NCBI GenBank assembly: GCA_035526765.1
Contig: DATLBS010000016.1
Location: 8,681 to 72,680 of the forward strand
Source of the DNA: Thermoplasmatota archaeon
Lineage (GTDB): Archaea; Thermoplasmatota; E2; JACPAO01; JAHFTW01
Length of the DNA stretch: 64,000 nt
Direction: 5' to 3'
A program made the translations under genes and the position numbers. Positions 39,050-48,534 of this stretch are shown piece by piece (within the stretch, counting starts at the first letter, position 1; each line of letters starts with the position of its first letter). The notes beneath the pieces are model-generated. The model saw only the letters and a list, made by a program, of their open reading frames with translations, was not told the origin of the DNA and made no database searches.

Positions 39050-40068
39050 CGCCACGTCACCTCGACCTCGTCGGTCCGCTGGTAGGGCCGGACCTGGCTC
39101 TGCTCCAGCGGGGTGGGGTCGCCCGCGCGCAGCTTGAGGTGGCCCAGCCAGGCGATCATGGCGCCGTTGTCCACCAGCACGTCGCGCGGCGGGCAGTGCA
39201 GCGAGGCCCCGCGCGCCTCGCACATGCCGCGTGCCATGGCCTGCAGGCGCGCGTTGCAGGCGACGCCGCCGCCCAGCACCAGCTCGGTGCGGCCCGTGTG
39301 CGCCAGCGCGCGCTCGGCGGTCTCCACGAGGGCCCCGAAGGCATGCTCCTGGAAGGCGAAGCTGGCCTCCGCCAGGGGGACTCCCTCCTCGACGAGGCGC
39401 TGCGCGGCGGTTGCGAGGCCCGCGAAGCTCATGTCCATGCCCTTGACGGTGTAGGGCAGGGGGTGCCAGCTCCCGGAGGCGCCTGCCGCCCATTGCTCGA
39501 CCTGCGGTCCGCCGGGGAAGGGGACCCCGTTCTCGCGCGCGAACTTGTCGAGGGCGTTGCCGAGGCCGATGTCGAGGGTCTCGCCGAAGACGCGGTAGCG
39601 GCCACGGGCGAAGGCCAGCACCTGCGTGTTGGCGCCCGAGGCGTAGAGCAGCATCGGGTCATGGGCGCCTGTCATCCCCCGGCCCACTTCGAGGTGCGCG
39701 ACGCAGTGGTTGACGCCGGCCAGGGACTTGCCGTGCCGCAGCGCGAGGGCGCGCGCCATGGTGGCGGCGACCCGCAGGCACGGACCGAGGCCGGGGCCTT
39801 GGCTGAAGGCGACGCCATCGAGGTCGGCGGGCGACAGTCCCGCCCGGTCGAGCGCCCTGTGGAGGAGGGCGGGGGCGGCCTCGGCGTGCTGGTGGGCCGC
39901 CTCGCGGGGATGGATGCCTGCGGCGGGGCCGCCCGGCCGGGTCGGCGGCTGCGTGGCGGGGCGGGCCATGGCGCGCTCGTTGGCCAGGACGTGGCAGCGA
40001 CCGTCCCGTTCCTCGACGATGCCGACGCCCAGGGTGTGGGCGGTCCCCTCGATCCCCAGGACTGGCAT
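39046..40068 (-). CDS. kae1: KEOPS t6A threonylcarbamoyltransferase Kae1
   Basis: LGIEGTAHT, GIHPRE, NHCVAHLE, SGANTQ, GETLDIG.GN, DNGAMIAW. Confidence 0.96.
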   Translation of the reverse strand: MPVLGIEGTAHTLGVGIVEERDGRCHVLANERAMARPATQPPTRPGGPAAGIHPREAAHQHAEAAPALLHRALDRAGLSPADLDGVAFSQGPGLGPCLRVAATMARALALRHGKSLAGVNHCVAHLEVGRGMTGAHDPMLLYASGANTQVLAFARGRYRVFGETLDIGLGNALDKFARENGVPFPGGPQVEQWAAGASGSWHPLPYTVKGMDMSFAGLATAAQRLVEEGVPLAEASFAFQEHAFGALVETAERALAHTGRTELVLGGGVACNARLQAMARGMCEARGASLHCPPRDVLVDNGAMIAWLGHLKLRAGDPTPLEQSQVRPYQRTDEVEVTWR

Positions 40069-40138
40069 CGCGGGGCGACCCTGGGCACGCGTGTTAAGGC
40101 TGCGGCTGGCGCGTCGTGGGAGGTCAAGCGGCAGCGGG

Positions 40139-40504
40139 CTACAGGTTCGCCGGGACGTCCTTGGCGGCGCCCTTCTTGGCGGCTTCCTGGATCTTCTTGC
40201 TGCGCATCTTGGCGTCGTAGCCGGTGGCGCCCTCGAGGAACTCGTTCCAGCGGCGCTGCGTGTCCTGCGCGACCTGCAGGGCTTCCTTGTCGCCGGCTGC
40301 GACCTTCACGGCGAAGCCCTTGTCGGTGACGGTGTCGACCTGGAACTCCTTCTTGCCTTCGTAGCGGACCTTGATCTGGGGCATGCTGCCGTAGGCGCCG
40401 CACAGCCAGTCGCCCTCCTTCTTGTGCGAATCGAAGCAGGCGTCGAAGATGTCCGGGAGGCTGACCTTGGCGGCGTGGCCCGGCTTGACGGGGTAGGACT
40501 GCAT
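40139..40504 (-). CDS. DUF5611-like archaeal protein
   Basis: MQSYPVK.GH ... WNEFLE.ATGY.AK.R pattern. Confidence 0.7.
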   Translation of the reverse strand: MQSYPVKPGHAAKVSLPDIFDACFDSHKKEGDWLCGAYGSMPQIKVRYEGKKEFQVDTVTDKGFAVKVAAGDKEALQVAQDTQRRWNEFLEGATGYDAKMRSKKIQEAAKKGAAKDVPANL

Positions 40505-40595
40505 CGGCCATGGCACTTGCGGTACCGCCTTGAGCCTTGCGAGGGGGGCAAGGGCGCCGTGGGGATGCAAGCCTTGTGTGCGCGTAGGGTCGATG

Positions 40596-40832
40596 GCCGA
40601 GCGCTCCACGTTCGGTCCTGGATCATTTGACAGGCCAACACCCTGTGTGGTGGGGGAGGTCTAGCACGAAGGTTGCCTTGTGGTGCGCGCAGCGCACTGC
40701 CACGCAACCGCCGCGACACCCCCTCGCGGGCGCGGCTGCGCGCGCCCCTATTCCATCGCTTGCTCGAACGACGCGCCGCCGCCACCCACCCGTCCACCTT
40801 GAGCTCGGGTCTTCACGGCGACCGATGGCTCG
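40596..40832 (-). repeat. Dispersed structured non-coding element, copy 3
   Basis: 40805-40828 is the exact reverse complement of 53464-53487 (24 bp); colinear with copy 1. Confidence 0.85.
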
Positions 40833-40925
40833 TCAGCTTGATTGCAGGCAGATCAACAAGGAGCGACTTCGTGCCGCTACGGATGCAGAAGCGAGCCAAA
40901 ATCAGCGTCCAGGTCCTTGGTGCGC

Positions 40926-41612
40926 CTATTCGAGGTGCCGCAGCAATCCCTGCGGGGACGCCACGACAAGGTCCGCGGAGGGATGGGACGGCGCCGTCGG
41001 GTCCACCCACACGGTCCGCATCCCCAGTGCGTGTGCTGGCTCGATGTCGAAGTCGAGGGAGTCCCCGACCATCAAGGCCTCCTCGGGCCGCACGCCAAGC
41101 TTGTCCAGCACGTGCAGGAACGCCTGTGGCGAGGGCTTCCAGTGGCCGATCTCGCCGGAGATGCCCACGTAGTCCACCAGCGGCCCGAGGCGGAACTGCT
41201 CGACCTTGGGCCGCTGCACGTGGCCCGGCCCGTTGGTCAGCAGCGCCACGCGCGCGCCAAGCTGGCGCGAGGCGGCGATGGCCTCGGTGGCCCCGGGCAG
41301 AAGGCGCAGGTGCTGCACGACGTGGAGCCGGAAGTGCTCCCCCAGCGTCTCCCCCAGCAGGGTGCCCTGCGTGCCCAGGCGCTGGCTCAGCAGCCCGAGG
41401 CGCTCGCCGATGTACCACCACCGGCCGGTGGCGCGGAACGAGGCCATGTTGAGCGCCATCACCTGCGCGTACTCGGACCGCACGCGCGGCTCGGGGATGC
41501 CCGCGGCCGCGAAGTGGTCGCGCGCGAGGTCGCCGATGGCGGCGTGCTCCGCCTGCCGCCAATTGATCAGAGTGTCGTCCAGGTCGAACAGGACCGCCTT
41601 GGTGTCCCGCAT
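40926..41612 (-). CDS. HAD-superfamily hydrolase
   Basis: FDLDDTL, LTNG, KP, MVGDS..FDI. Confidence 0.92.
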   Translation of the reverse strand: MRDTKAVLFDLDDTLINWRQAEHAAIGDLARDHFAAAGIPEPRVRSEYAQVMALNMASFRATGRWWYIGERLGLLSQRLGTQGTLLGETLGEHFRLHVVQHLRLLPGATEAIAASRQLGARVALLTNGPGHVQRPKVEQFRLGPLVDYVGISGEIGHWKPSPQAFLHVLDKLGVRPEEALMVGDSLDFDIEPAHALGMRTVWVDPTAPSHPSADLVVASPQGLLRHLE

Positions 41613-41766
41613 CCAGCCCGCGGCACCGAGGGGGGCAGGAGGCTCGCGGGGCACGGCCTCGGATGCGGGACCGGGCCACTTGAAGGCGCCGATGAGGGGA
41701 TTTGTCCCTGGACGATTCAAGGGATGCACGACGCTTCTCAAATAGGAAGAGATCGGACGGGGAGGT

Positions 41767-41982
41767 ATGTTCCGGACCCTGGTGTGGCCCGCCCTCGCCT
41801 TCCTCACGGGCGTGGGGGCCCTGAAGGCGGCGATCCCTCTCGAAAGCCTGGCGCTGATGGCCGTGGGCCTTGCCCTCAGCTCCTTCGGGCTGCTGCGCCT
41901 CATGCTGCGCGACGTGGAGCCGCGCTCGCGCCCGGCCTTCACGCCGATGGCCACCGCGGTCCGCGTCGCCGACGACGACTAG
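41767..41982 (+). CDS. Small membrane protein (2 TM)
   Basis: ggaggt RBS directly upstream; two hydrophobic helices. Confidence 0.7.
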   Translation: MFRTLVWPALAFLTGVGALKAAIPLESLALMAVGLALSSFGLLRLMLRDVEPRSRPAFTPMATAVRVADDD

Positions 41983-42106
41983 GCGACCCCAGCCGGAAGG
42001 CTAGGCGACCCCAGCCGGCAGCGCACCCTTGCAGCGGCGGCCGCAAGGCGGCAGGACGGGGCGAACGCTGGCAATCCTTTCCCCGATGGCAGGCGCGCGG
42101 CGGCGG

Positions 42107-43519
42107 CTAGACCTGGATGGGCACGGGGACGAAGGTGAGGATGAAGACGGCCAGCACGATGGCGGCCAGCACGAGGCGCTTGCGGTCCAGCTGCGTGCGG
42201 TCGTTGAGGGGCGGCGCATGCTGGATGCCCGTCATGAGCAGGAAGAAGGCCATCAGCATCCACGAGTTGAAGAGGAAGGCCAGCACCATGAGGCCCCCCA
42301 CGGCGGCCCACGCCACGTACTTCATGCGCTCTCCCAGCACGGCGCGCGCCACGTGGCCGCCGTCCAGCTGCCCGGCGGGCAGGAGGTTGATGCCGGTGAC
42401 CAGGAGCCCGACCCAGCCGGCCAGGAACGTGGGATGGGTGAGGTAGCCCTCGTTGTGGAACGCCTTGTCGAGGAGCTGCACGAGGAGGGGGTCGCCCAGC
42501 CGGAGCAGCCCGTCGTCCCACTCGAGATCCAGGTCGACGGAGCGGGTGCCCTCGGGCAGGGCGATGGTGCGGCGTTCCCCCGTGCCAGGCCGGAGGCTGC
42601 GGGTGCTGGTGTCCGTCACGGTGGTGCCGTCCGCCTTGTGGAGGGTCGCGGTGGCCGTGTATTCCCATGCCTCGGTGGCCTCGGGGGGTGCCGTGACGTT
42701 GAAGGTGACGAATCCCGCGGTGGCGTTGGCGGCCAGGTGGGCGTGCCCGGATTCCGTGGCCATCGTGAAGGGCGCGTCGGCGGAGAGGATGGGGTGGCCC
42801 ACGTCCGGCAGCGGCTGCGCGCCCGCCCCCGTGAGGAAGGCGCCCAGCAGGATGACGGGCAGGGTCACGAGGAAGCCGACGAGCGGGCCGGCGGCGCCCA
42901 CGTCGAAGAGCGCCTTGCGGTCCGGCATCGGGTCGCGCATCGAGATGAAGGCCCCCAGCGTGCCGAAGGGCACGAGGATGGGTGGGGCCGGGATGAAGAA
43001 CGGGAGGCTGGCCCGCAGCCCGTGCCGGCGGGCGACGACGTAGTGGGCCAGCTCGTGCAGCCCGAGGATGAGCATGAGGGGGAGGGCGAACGTGAGCGCC
43101 CCCCAGGCGAGGTCGCTGGCGTCCCACAGCACGGACCAGTCGAGGTCGCGGCCGCCGGACCTGTAGCCGTGCCACGTGATGGCGCCGGACACCACGGTGG
43201 TGGCAAGGGTGGCGAGGAGCAGCCCGACGTGGAGGCCGGTGCGGTGCTGCGCCGCGGGCGGCCGGCTGGCGACGAAGAGGATGTCCTCGCCGGACTCGCG
43301 GCGCACGAACACCAGCATCTCGGGGTCCGCGGCCTGGATCTCGGCGCGGGCCGCGGCGAAGCGGGCATCGAACTCCTGCGCGGGGAACATGAGGTAGAAC
43401 AGGTGGGCCGCGACGGTGCTCCGGACCTTCTCCTCGCGGGCGTCGTAGACGCGGAAGTGGCGCTGCACGATGCGGCGCAGCGCCGCCTGGTCGAGCCCGC
43501 CGGGCGCCGCCTGGTCCAC
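42107..43519 (-). CDS. Site-2 protease (peptidase M50)
   Basis: HELAH, GTLGAFI, AGP, NLLPAGQLDGGH. Confidence 0.93.
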   Translation of the reverse strand: MDQAAPGGLDQAALRRIVQRHFRVYDAREEKVRSTVAAHLFYLMFPAQEFDARFAAARAEIQAADPEMLVFVRRESGEDILFVASRPPAAQHRTGLHVGLLLATLATTVVSGAITWHGYRSGGRDLDWSVLWDASDLAWGALTFALPLMLILGLHELAHYVVARRHGLRASLPFFIPAPPILVPFGTLGAFISMRDPMPDRKALFDVGAAGPLVGFLVTLPVILLGAFLTGAGAQPLPDVGHPILSADAPFTMATESGHAHLAANATAGFVTFNVTAPPEATEAWEYTATATLHKADGTTVTDTSTRSLRPGTGERRTIALPEGTRSVDLDLEWDDGLLRLGDPLLVQLLDKAFHNEGYLTHPTFLAGWVGLLVTGINLLPAGQLDGGHVARAVLGERMKYVAWAAVGGLMVLAFLFNSWMLMAFFLLMTGIQHAPPLNDRTQLDRKRLVLAAIVLAVFILTFVPVPIQV

Positions 43520-43582
43520 GCCGCCGCCACCGGGACCTGCGGCTTAAAGGAAGAGGAACCGGGACGAGGGGCGCGCCGGCCG

Positions 43583-44800
43583 TCAGGCAAGCGTGTCGAG
43601 GGTGCGCGCTGCGGAGGCGCCGACGCGCTCACGGTCCGCCTTGGGGGTGAACACCCAGGCCCGCCAGTGGTCCATGCGGGCCTCCTCCAGGACCTTGACG
43701 AGGCGGCTGGCCACCGGCAGGGGCACGAGGTCGCCGTCGCGCTGGCGGACCTGCAGCCGCATCTCGCGGAACTTGGGCGGGTGGGGCACGTCCAGCAGCA
43801 CCAGGCCCTCGTCGACGCCCGCGTCCTGGGCGATCTCGGCAGCAAGGCGCCGGCGTTCGCGGGGCCGGTCGCTGAGGCGCAGCAGGGCCGCCGTGTTGGG
43901 CTGGTCGGGGCGGCCCTCGTAGGCGCGCTTGAACAGGCGGCGGTCCTCCAGGCGGGCGACCAGGGCCGCGGGCCCTCCGCCGCCGGCGCGCAGCCGCTGC
44001 AGCAGGCCGTCGTCGGTCTCGCGCTCCAGCTCGTGCAGCCGGACGCCGGTGGCCTCGATGTGGCCGCGCACCGCGGCCTGCAGCATCGATTCGCTGCTGC
44101 GCACCGTGTGGTGCAGGTACACGGCAGGGTACATCAGGAACCGCGTGGTGAGGATGGCCTCGGCCGCGATGAGGCCGGACTCGTCCAGCACGACGGCGGG
44201 GCCGTCGGGGGAGTCGCCCGCGCGCAGGACCTCGATGAGGCGGTCCGCGTCCACGGCCGTGCGCACGCCGGTGTAGTGGGCGTCACGCAGGAGGTAGTCG
44301 AGGCGGTCGGCATCGAGGCTGCCGCTCACGATGGGGGCCAGGGGTCCCTTGCCGCCGATGCACTCCGCGACGGCCAGGGGGTCGAGTCCTGCCTGCCTGA
44401 GGGGATCCGCCAGCGGGCCCCACCCGACGAGGTCCATGCTGGCCTGCTCGTGGCGGCGGCCCTCCTCCTTCACGAGTTCCTCGAAGGCGTGGCTGAACGG
44501 GCCGTGGCCGACGTCGTGCAGGAGGGCGGCGGCGCGCACCGTGTTGGCCTCCCATTCCCCCAGGCCCAGTGCCTTGGCGAAGCGGCCCGCGAGGTGGTGG
44601 GCGCCAAGGCTGTGCTCGAAGCGCCGGTGGTGCGCACCCGGGTAGACGAGGTGGGCGGTGCCCAGCTGGTGGATGCGGCGCAGGCGCTGCACGACGGCCG
44701 AGTCGACCAGCGGCAGGGCCCAGTCGTCGATGCGGATCGAGCCGTGGATGGGGTCGCGCACCGTGATGGGCAACGGCGGGGCCAAGGCCCCGCCCGTCAT
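43583..44800 (-). CDS. HD-domain phosphohydrolase (SAMHD1/dNTPase-like)
   Basis: RDPIHG, QRLRRI.QLG, RFEHSLG, LLHDVGHGPFSH, DADRLDYLLRD. Confidence 0.92.
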   Translation of the reverse strand: MTGGALAPPLPITVRDPIHGSIRIDDWALPLVDSAVVQRLRRIHQLGTAHLVYPGAHHRRFEHSLGAHHLAGRFAKALGLGEWEANTVRAAALLHDVGHGPFSHAFEELVKEEGRRHEQASMDLVGWGPLADPLRQAGLDPLAVAECIGGKGPLAPIVSGSLDADRLDYLLRDAHYTGVRTAVDADRLIEVLRAGDSPDGPAVVLDESGLIAAEAILTTRFLMYPAVYLHHTVRSSESMLQAAVRGHIEATGVRLHELERETDDGLLQRLRAGGGGPAALVARLEDRRLFKRAYEGRPDQPNTAALLRLSDRPRERRRLAAEIAQDAGVDEGLVLLDVPHPPKFREMRLQVRQRDGDLVPLPVASRLVKVLEEARMDHWRAWVFTPKADRERVGASAARTLDTLA

Positions 44801-46479
44801 CAAGCAATGGGCCGCGCGCTGGCCTGGGCGTAGCCCAGCGGGCCGCGCGGGCGGAACCATTCCGGGCGCAGCAGGCGGCTCACCATGACGGCGGCGGCCA
44901 GCGCGGCCGCCAGCGCGATGCCGTGCATGACGGCCTGGACGGCGCCGTCCTGCGAGGCAAGCGCCGTCCCCACGGCCACCAGCTGGCCGTGCGTGCTGGA
45001 CTGCGTCCACACGGAGAGCGGCAGCTCGAGCAGGGCGATGGCGACGACGCAGAGCCCGGTGCAGGCGGCCAGCGGCCAGGCCACGCGCGCGCCCTGCAGC
45101 TGGCCGGCGGCGCGCGCAAGGCGCGCGATGGCGACCCCTGCGAGGGCTGCGCCCAGCAGGCGCCAGAGAGCCAGGACCCCGGGGCTGCCGTTGAACTGGA
45201 TGAGGGCGGCATCGGTGGGGTCGTAGTGGGCGGAGAAGGAGTTGCCCAGGCACCACGTGGCCCAAGCGGTGACCAGGAGGAGGGCGGCGCCGGTGCGGGG
45301 GGAGCGCAGCGCCTGCGCGGCCAGGGCGACGGGGGCGCAGGCCAGCATCCAGCCCCAGACGGGGCCGTCAAGTAGCACGGTGGCCAGGCCCGCCAGGGCG
45401 AGGCTGGCGGCGAGGGCCGCCCCGTGGAGGGTGATCCAGAGTGGGGCCGGTGGCGTGCCATGCACGGGGGGCCCGGAGAACAGGCGGACGCCGTCGCGGT
45501 GGATGCGCCAGGCGGGCAGGAGGGGGACGAGGGCCAGGAGGAGGAACTGCAGGTGGGCGCGCAGGTCGGAGCCGAAGGTCTGCCCGGTCTGCAGCAGCGG
45601 CTGCTCGATGCGGTGGAACAGGGTGGCCACGAGGCAGGTGGCCGCCAGGGCGCCGGCCAGCCACGCCTCGACGCGTCCCGCCCCGGTCCAGGCCTCCTCG
45701 CAGAGGGGGCCGGTGCGGGGTTCGCGCAGGAAGCGGATGACCTGCCATGCCTTCGTGGCGCCGGTGACGAGGAGGCCCAGCAGGATGAGGGCGACGAGGG
45801 GGAGGGCCACGCGGTACGGGTCGCCGGCGGGTCCGCCGGGGGTGCCCGTGACGAGCCGGAGCGCGCCCCAGGTGGCCAGGCCGAGGAAGGGGGTGGCCAG
45901 AAGGAGGACCCCGGCCTGGCGGTGGAGGAGTTCGGTGGGGTCGGGGACGGGGGCATCGTCCCAGGGTGCGGGGTCGGCGGGGGCCACGAGGCGCTGCAGG
46001 CCCCAGAGGAGGGCGAGGACGGTGGCGAGCAGGAGGCCGAAGACGGGCAGCAGGGCGGAGGGAAGGGCGGGGCTGTTGGAGGCCAGCAGGTTGTTGGCGA
46101 AGCTGCCGCCGCGGGATCCCTGCGCGGCGAGGAGGAGGACGGTGGGGAAGGCGGTCTGCACGAGGTTCACGAGCACATAGGTCCCCAGGAACAGCACCAA
46201 GAGCGTGCCGCCGCGCTCGAGCCACGCCTGCACGCGCGGGACCCGCCGCATGGTGATGGGGGCGGCCAGGGCGGCGGCCGCGATGGCGATGCCGAGGCCG
46301 ACGAGGACCCCGGTCAGGAGGACGGGGGCGCCGGTGGCGAGGTTCTGGTTGACCTCGGTCTGCGACTGCGTGTCCGGGGCGAGGAAGCCCTCCTCCTGCA
46401 GCTGGGCACCCAGCGCGAGGCCCGCGAGGGCCACGGCGGCGCCGGCGGCCACGACCAGGACGCGGCGTGGCACCTGCAT
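44800..46479 (-). CDS. Polytopic membrane protein of unknown function
   Basis: More than 12 hydrophobic segments; stop overlaps the HD gene start. Confidence 0.75.
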   Translation of the reverse strand: MQVPRRVLVVAAGAAVALAGLALGAQLQEEGFLAPDTQSQTEVNQNLATGAPVLLTGVLVGLGIAIAAAALAAPITMRRVPRVQAWLERGGTLLVLFLGTYVLVNLVQTAFPTVLLLAAQGSRGGSFANNLLASNSPALPSALLPVFGLLLATVLALLWGLQRLVAPADPAPWDDAPVPDPTELLHRQAGVLLLATPFLGLATWGALRLVTGTPGGPAGDPYRVALPLVALILLGLLVTGATKAWQVIRFLREPRTGPLCEEAWTGAGRVEAWLAGALAATCLVATLFHRIEQPLLQTGQTFGSDLRAHLQFLLLALVPLLPAWRIHRDGVRLFSGPPVHGTPPAPLWITLHGAALAASLALAGLATVLLDGPVWGWMLACAPVALAAQALRSPRTGAALLLVTAWATWCLGNSFSAHYDPTDAALIQFNGSPGVLALWRLLGAALAGVAIARLARAAGQLQGARVAWPLAACTGLCVVAIALLELPLSVWTQSSTHGQLVAVGTALASQDGAVQAVMHGIALAAALAAAVMVSRLLRPEWFRPRGPLGYAQASARPIA

Positions 46480-46564
46480 GCCGGCCAAATCGGGGGACGG
46501 GGCCTTAACGGTTCAGGTGGGGATGGGGGGACGGCAGGTCGGCGAGGCCCCGCCGCCGAAGCTA

Positions 46565-46677
46565 GCCACGGAACGCACGGAACTTCGCGGAAACTGAAAA
46601 CCACCTTCTCTGCAGGCTTCCGTGGGTTCCGTGGCCATCTTCCGTGGGCCCTTGGGTCTTCCGTGGGTGCCGTGGCC
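46565..46677. repeat. REP-like imperfect palindrome (cacggaa-type)
   Basis: gccacggaacgcacggaacttcgcggaa ... ttccgtgggttccgtggc, with the right arm repeated. Confidence 0.75.
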
Positions 46678-46731
46678 AGAAAGGGGAGTGCCTCGCGCGT
46701 TCCGCGACCGCGTGAAGGCCGGGCCACCAAC

Positions 46732-47592
46732 CTAGGCAACACTGATGCTGGAGGCCGAGGGGGCCTGCTGCCCGGACCCGCCCACCATCTCCATCTCGAA
46801 GCTCGAGCCCATCGTGACGCGCATGCCGTCGCGGGCCGCGACGGTGGGGACGCCGGTCCGCTCCGTGATGCGCTGCGCCCATACGCCCGGGTCGCCCTCC
46901 TTCAGGGTCTTGTAGCCGAAGTGGGTGAGCAGCAGGAGGCGGGGGCGGATCTGGTCGGCCAGGCGCTCCACGTCGTCCGTGCACATGTGGTGGGGGATGC
47001 GGTCGTTGCCGCCGCGGGTCATCTGGCATACCACCATGCGGGAGCCCGCGTGCAGGTCCGCCAGTCCGTCGAAGTAGGTGCCGTCGGGGATGTAGCTGAA
47101 CTGGCCGTTGGTGAGCTTGAGGCGGTAGCCGACCGTGTCCGGATCCGAGTGGTCCTGCCGCGTCGCCGCGACCTCGTACATGCCCTCGAGGGTCAGGGTG
47201 CTACCGGCCTTGACCTCGTGCAGTTCCTTCACCATCTGCGAGTGGTACTTCGTGATGACGGGGCCGATGGGCTCCCCCTGGGCTCCCGTGGTGCCACGCA
47301 GCACGGAGCGGGGGGCGACGAGGGTTCCCTTGCGGTCCAGGCCGCCCCGCGTGATGCCCTCCAGCAGGATGGCGGCATCGGTCCAGTGGTCGGGGTGCGC
47401 GTGCGTGACCAGGACGGCGTCCGTCTTGGTGGGGTCCAGCCCGTAGCGGTGCATGTGCACCAGCGCCCCCGGCCCTGGATCGAGGTTAGCCCGCAGGCCC
47501 CTGTCCCTGAGGTACATGCCGCCCGTCTGGCGGAGCTGGCTGATGGTGGTGAACCGGCCTCCGCCGGTCCCCAGGAATGTCAGCTCGGTCAA
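46732..47592 (-). CDS. MBL-fold metallo-hydrolase
   Basis: LTFLGTGGGR, DPGPGAL, THAHPDH, LTHFG. Confidence 0.9.
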   Translation of the reverse strand: MTELTFLGTGGGRFTTISQLRQTGGMYLRDRGLRANLDPGPGALVHMHRYGLDPTKTDAVLVTHAHPDHWTDAAILLEGITRGGLDRKGTLVAPRSVLRGTTGAQGEPIGPVITKYHSQMVKELHEVKAGSTLTLEGMYEVAATRQDHSDPDTVGYRLKLTNGQFSYIPDGTYFDGLADLHAGSRMVVCQMTRGGNDRIPHHMCTDDVERLADQIRPRLLLLTHFGYKTLKEGDPGVWAQRITERTGVPTVAARDGMRVTMGSSFEMEMVGGSGQQAPSASSISVA

Positions 47593-47727
47593 CCCAATTC
47601 ACGGACGCAACAGCCCCGTCCATGCTTTTCATGGTTCCGCCGCTCCGAGGTGCCCCGTGCGGCGCCGGCGCGAGACAGGCCCAGGCGGACGACAAAGCTT
47701 ATCGGAGGACCCCCGGGATTGGCGGGC

Positions 47728-48534
47728 GTGAAGCTCCTGGCGCTTGGGTTGTCCATGGCCATGCTGCTCCTGCCGGCGGCGCAGGCCACCGCGGAGGACC
47801 TCGTGGCGGCGTCGGCCTTGTGCGCCGGCCCCCCCTGCGGGTACATCACGCCCATCGTGGACATGGAGTTCGCGGCCAAGCAGAAGTGCCCCGGCTCGCC
47901 TGGCAGCATCGACCTCTCCAAGTGCACGCCAGTGCCCGCCAGGGACCAGTCCGTCGAGGCCAAGGGCACGTTCCGCTATTACTGGAAGGAGTCCGAGGAC
48001 CTCACGTACCCGCCGGATGCGCAGCAGCCGGTGGTCGTCACCTTCTCCGGCGTCTCCACGAACCCGAAGTGGCTCACCTTCAAGGTGGAGCCGGCCAGCA
48101 TCACCATCGACGCCGTGGCGCTCATGGACCCCCGCAACCTCGTCGTGGACCAGAGCAACCCGGCCAGCCCCGTCGTGTACTACGAGTACAAGCAGGACAT
48201 CACGGTCACCTTCACCCACTCGGGCGACCCCGACGCCGCCGCCCTGCAGAAGGTCGCCGCGAAGAAGGGGCTCGTGGAGCTGTTCCTCAAGGCGAAGTCC
48301 AGCGCCAGTGGGACCTACTTCAAGGAGGGCTTTGGCGTGGAGTCCTTCCGCTTCGACGGCCGCTCCGTGGCAGACCCAAGTGTGGTCACGCGCACGATGA
48401 CGCAGGTGGACAACGGGGTCACCCGCACCGTCACCGTGACGGAGCGGCCCACGCAGGCGGCCCCTGCCGGTCTCCTCGCGCCGATGGCCGGGCTGGCCCT
48501 GGCCCTCCTGGCCATGCGCCGCCGAACCACCTAA
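47728..48534 (+). CDS. Secreted protein with C-terminal sorting/anchor signal
   Basis: Signal peptide (AAQA), four Cys, Thr-rich linker, AAPAG + hydrophobic helix + RRR. Confidence 0.75.
   Translation: MKLLALGLSMAMLLLPAAQATAEDLVAASALCAGPPCGYITPIVDMEFAAKQKCPGSPGSIDLSKCTPVPARDQSVEAKGTFRYYWKESEDLTYPPDAQQPVVVTFSGVSTNPKWLTFKVEPASITIDAVALMDPRNLVVDQSNPASPVVYYEYKQDITVTFTHSGDPDAAALQKVAAKKGLVELFLKAKSSASGTYFKEGFGVESFRFDGRSVADPSVVTRTMTQVDNGVTRTVTVTERPTQAAPAGLLAPMAGLALALLAMRRRTT

Noticed and set aside
38414..40068. Split Kae1 and Bud32 with Pcc1 located elsewhere
   Set aside because: Both fused and split arrangements are common in archaea
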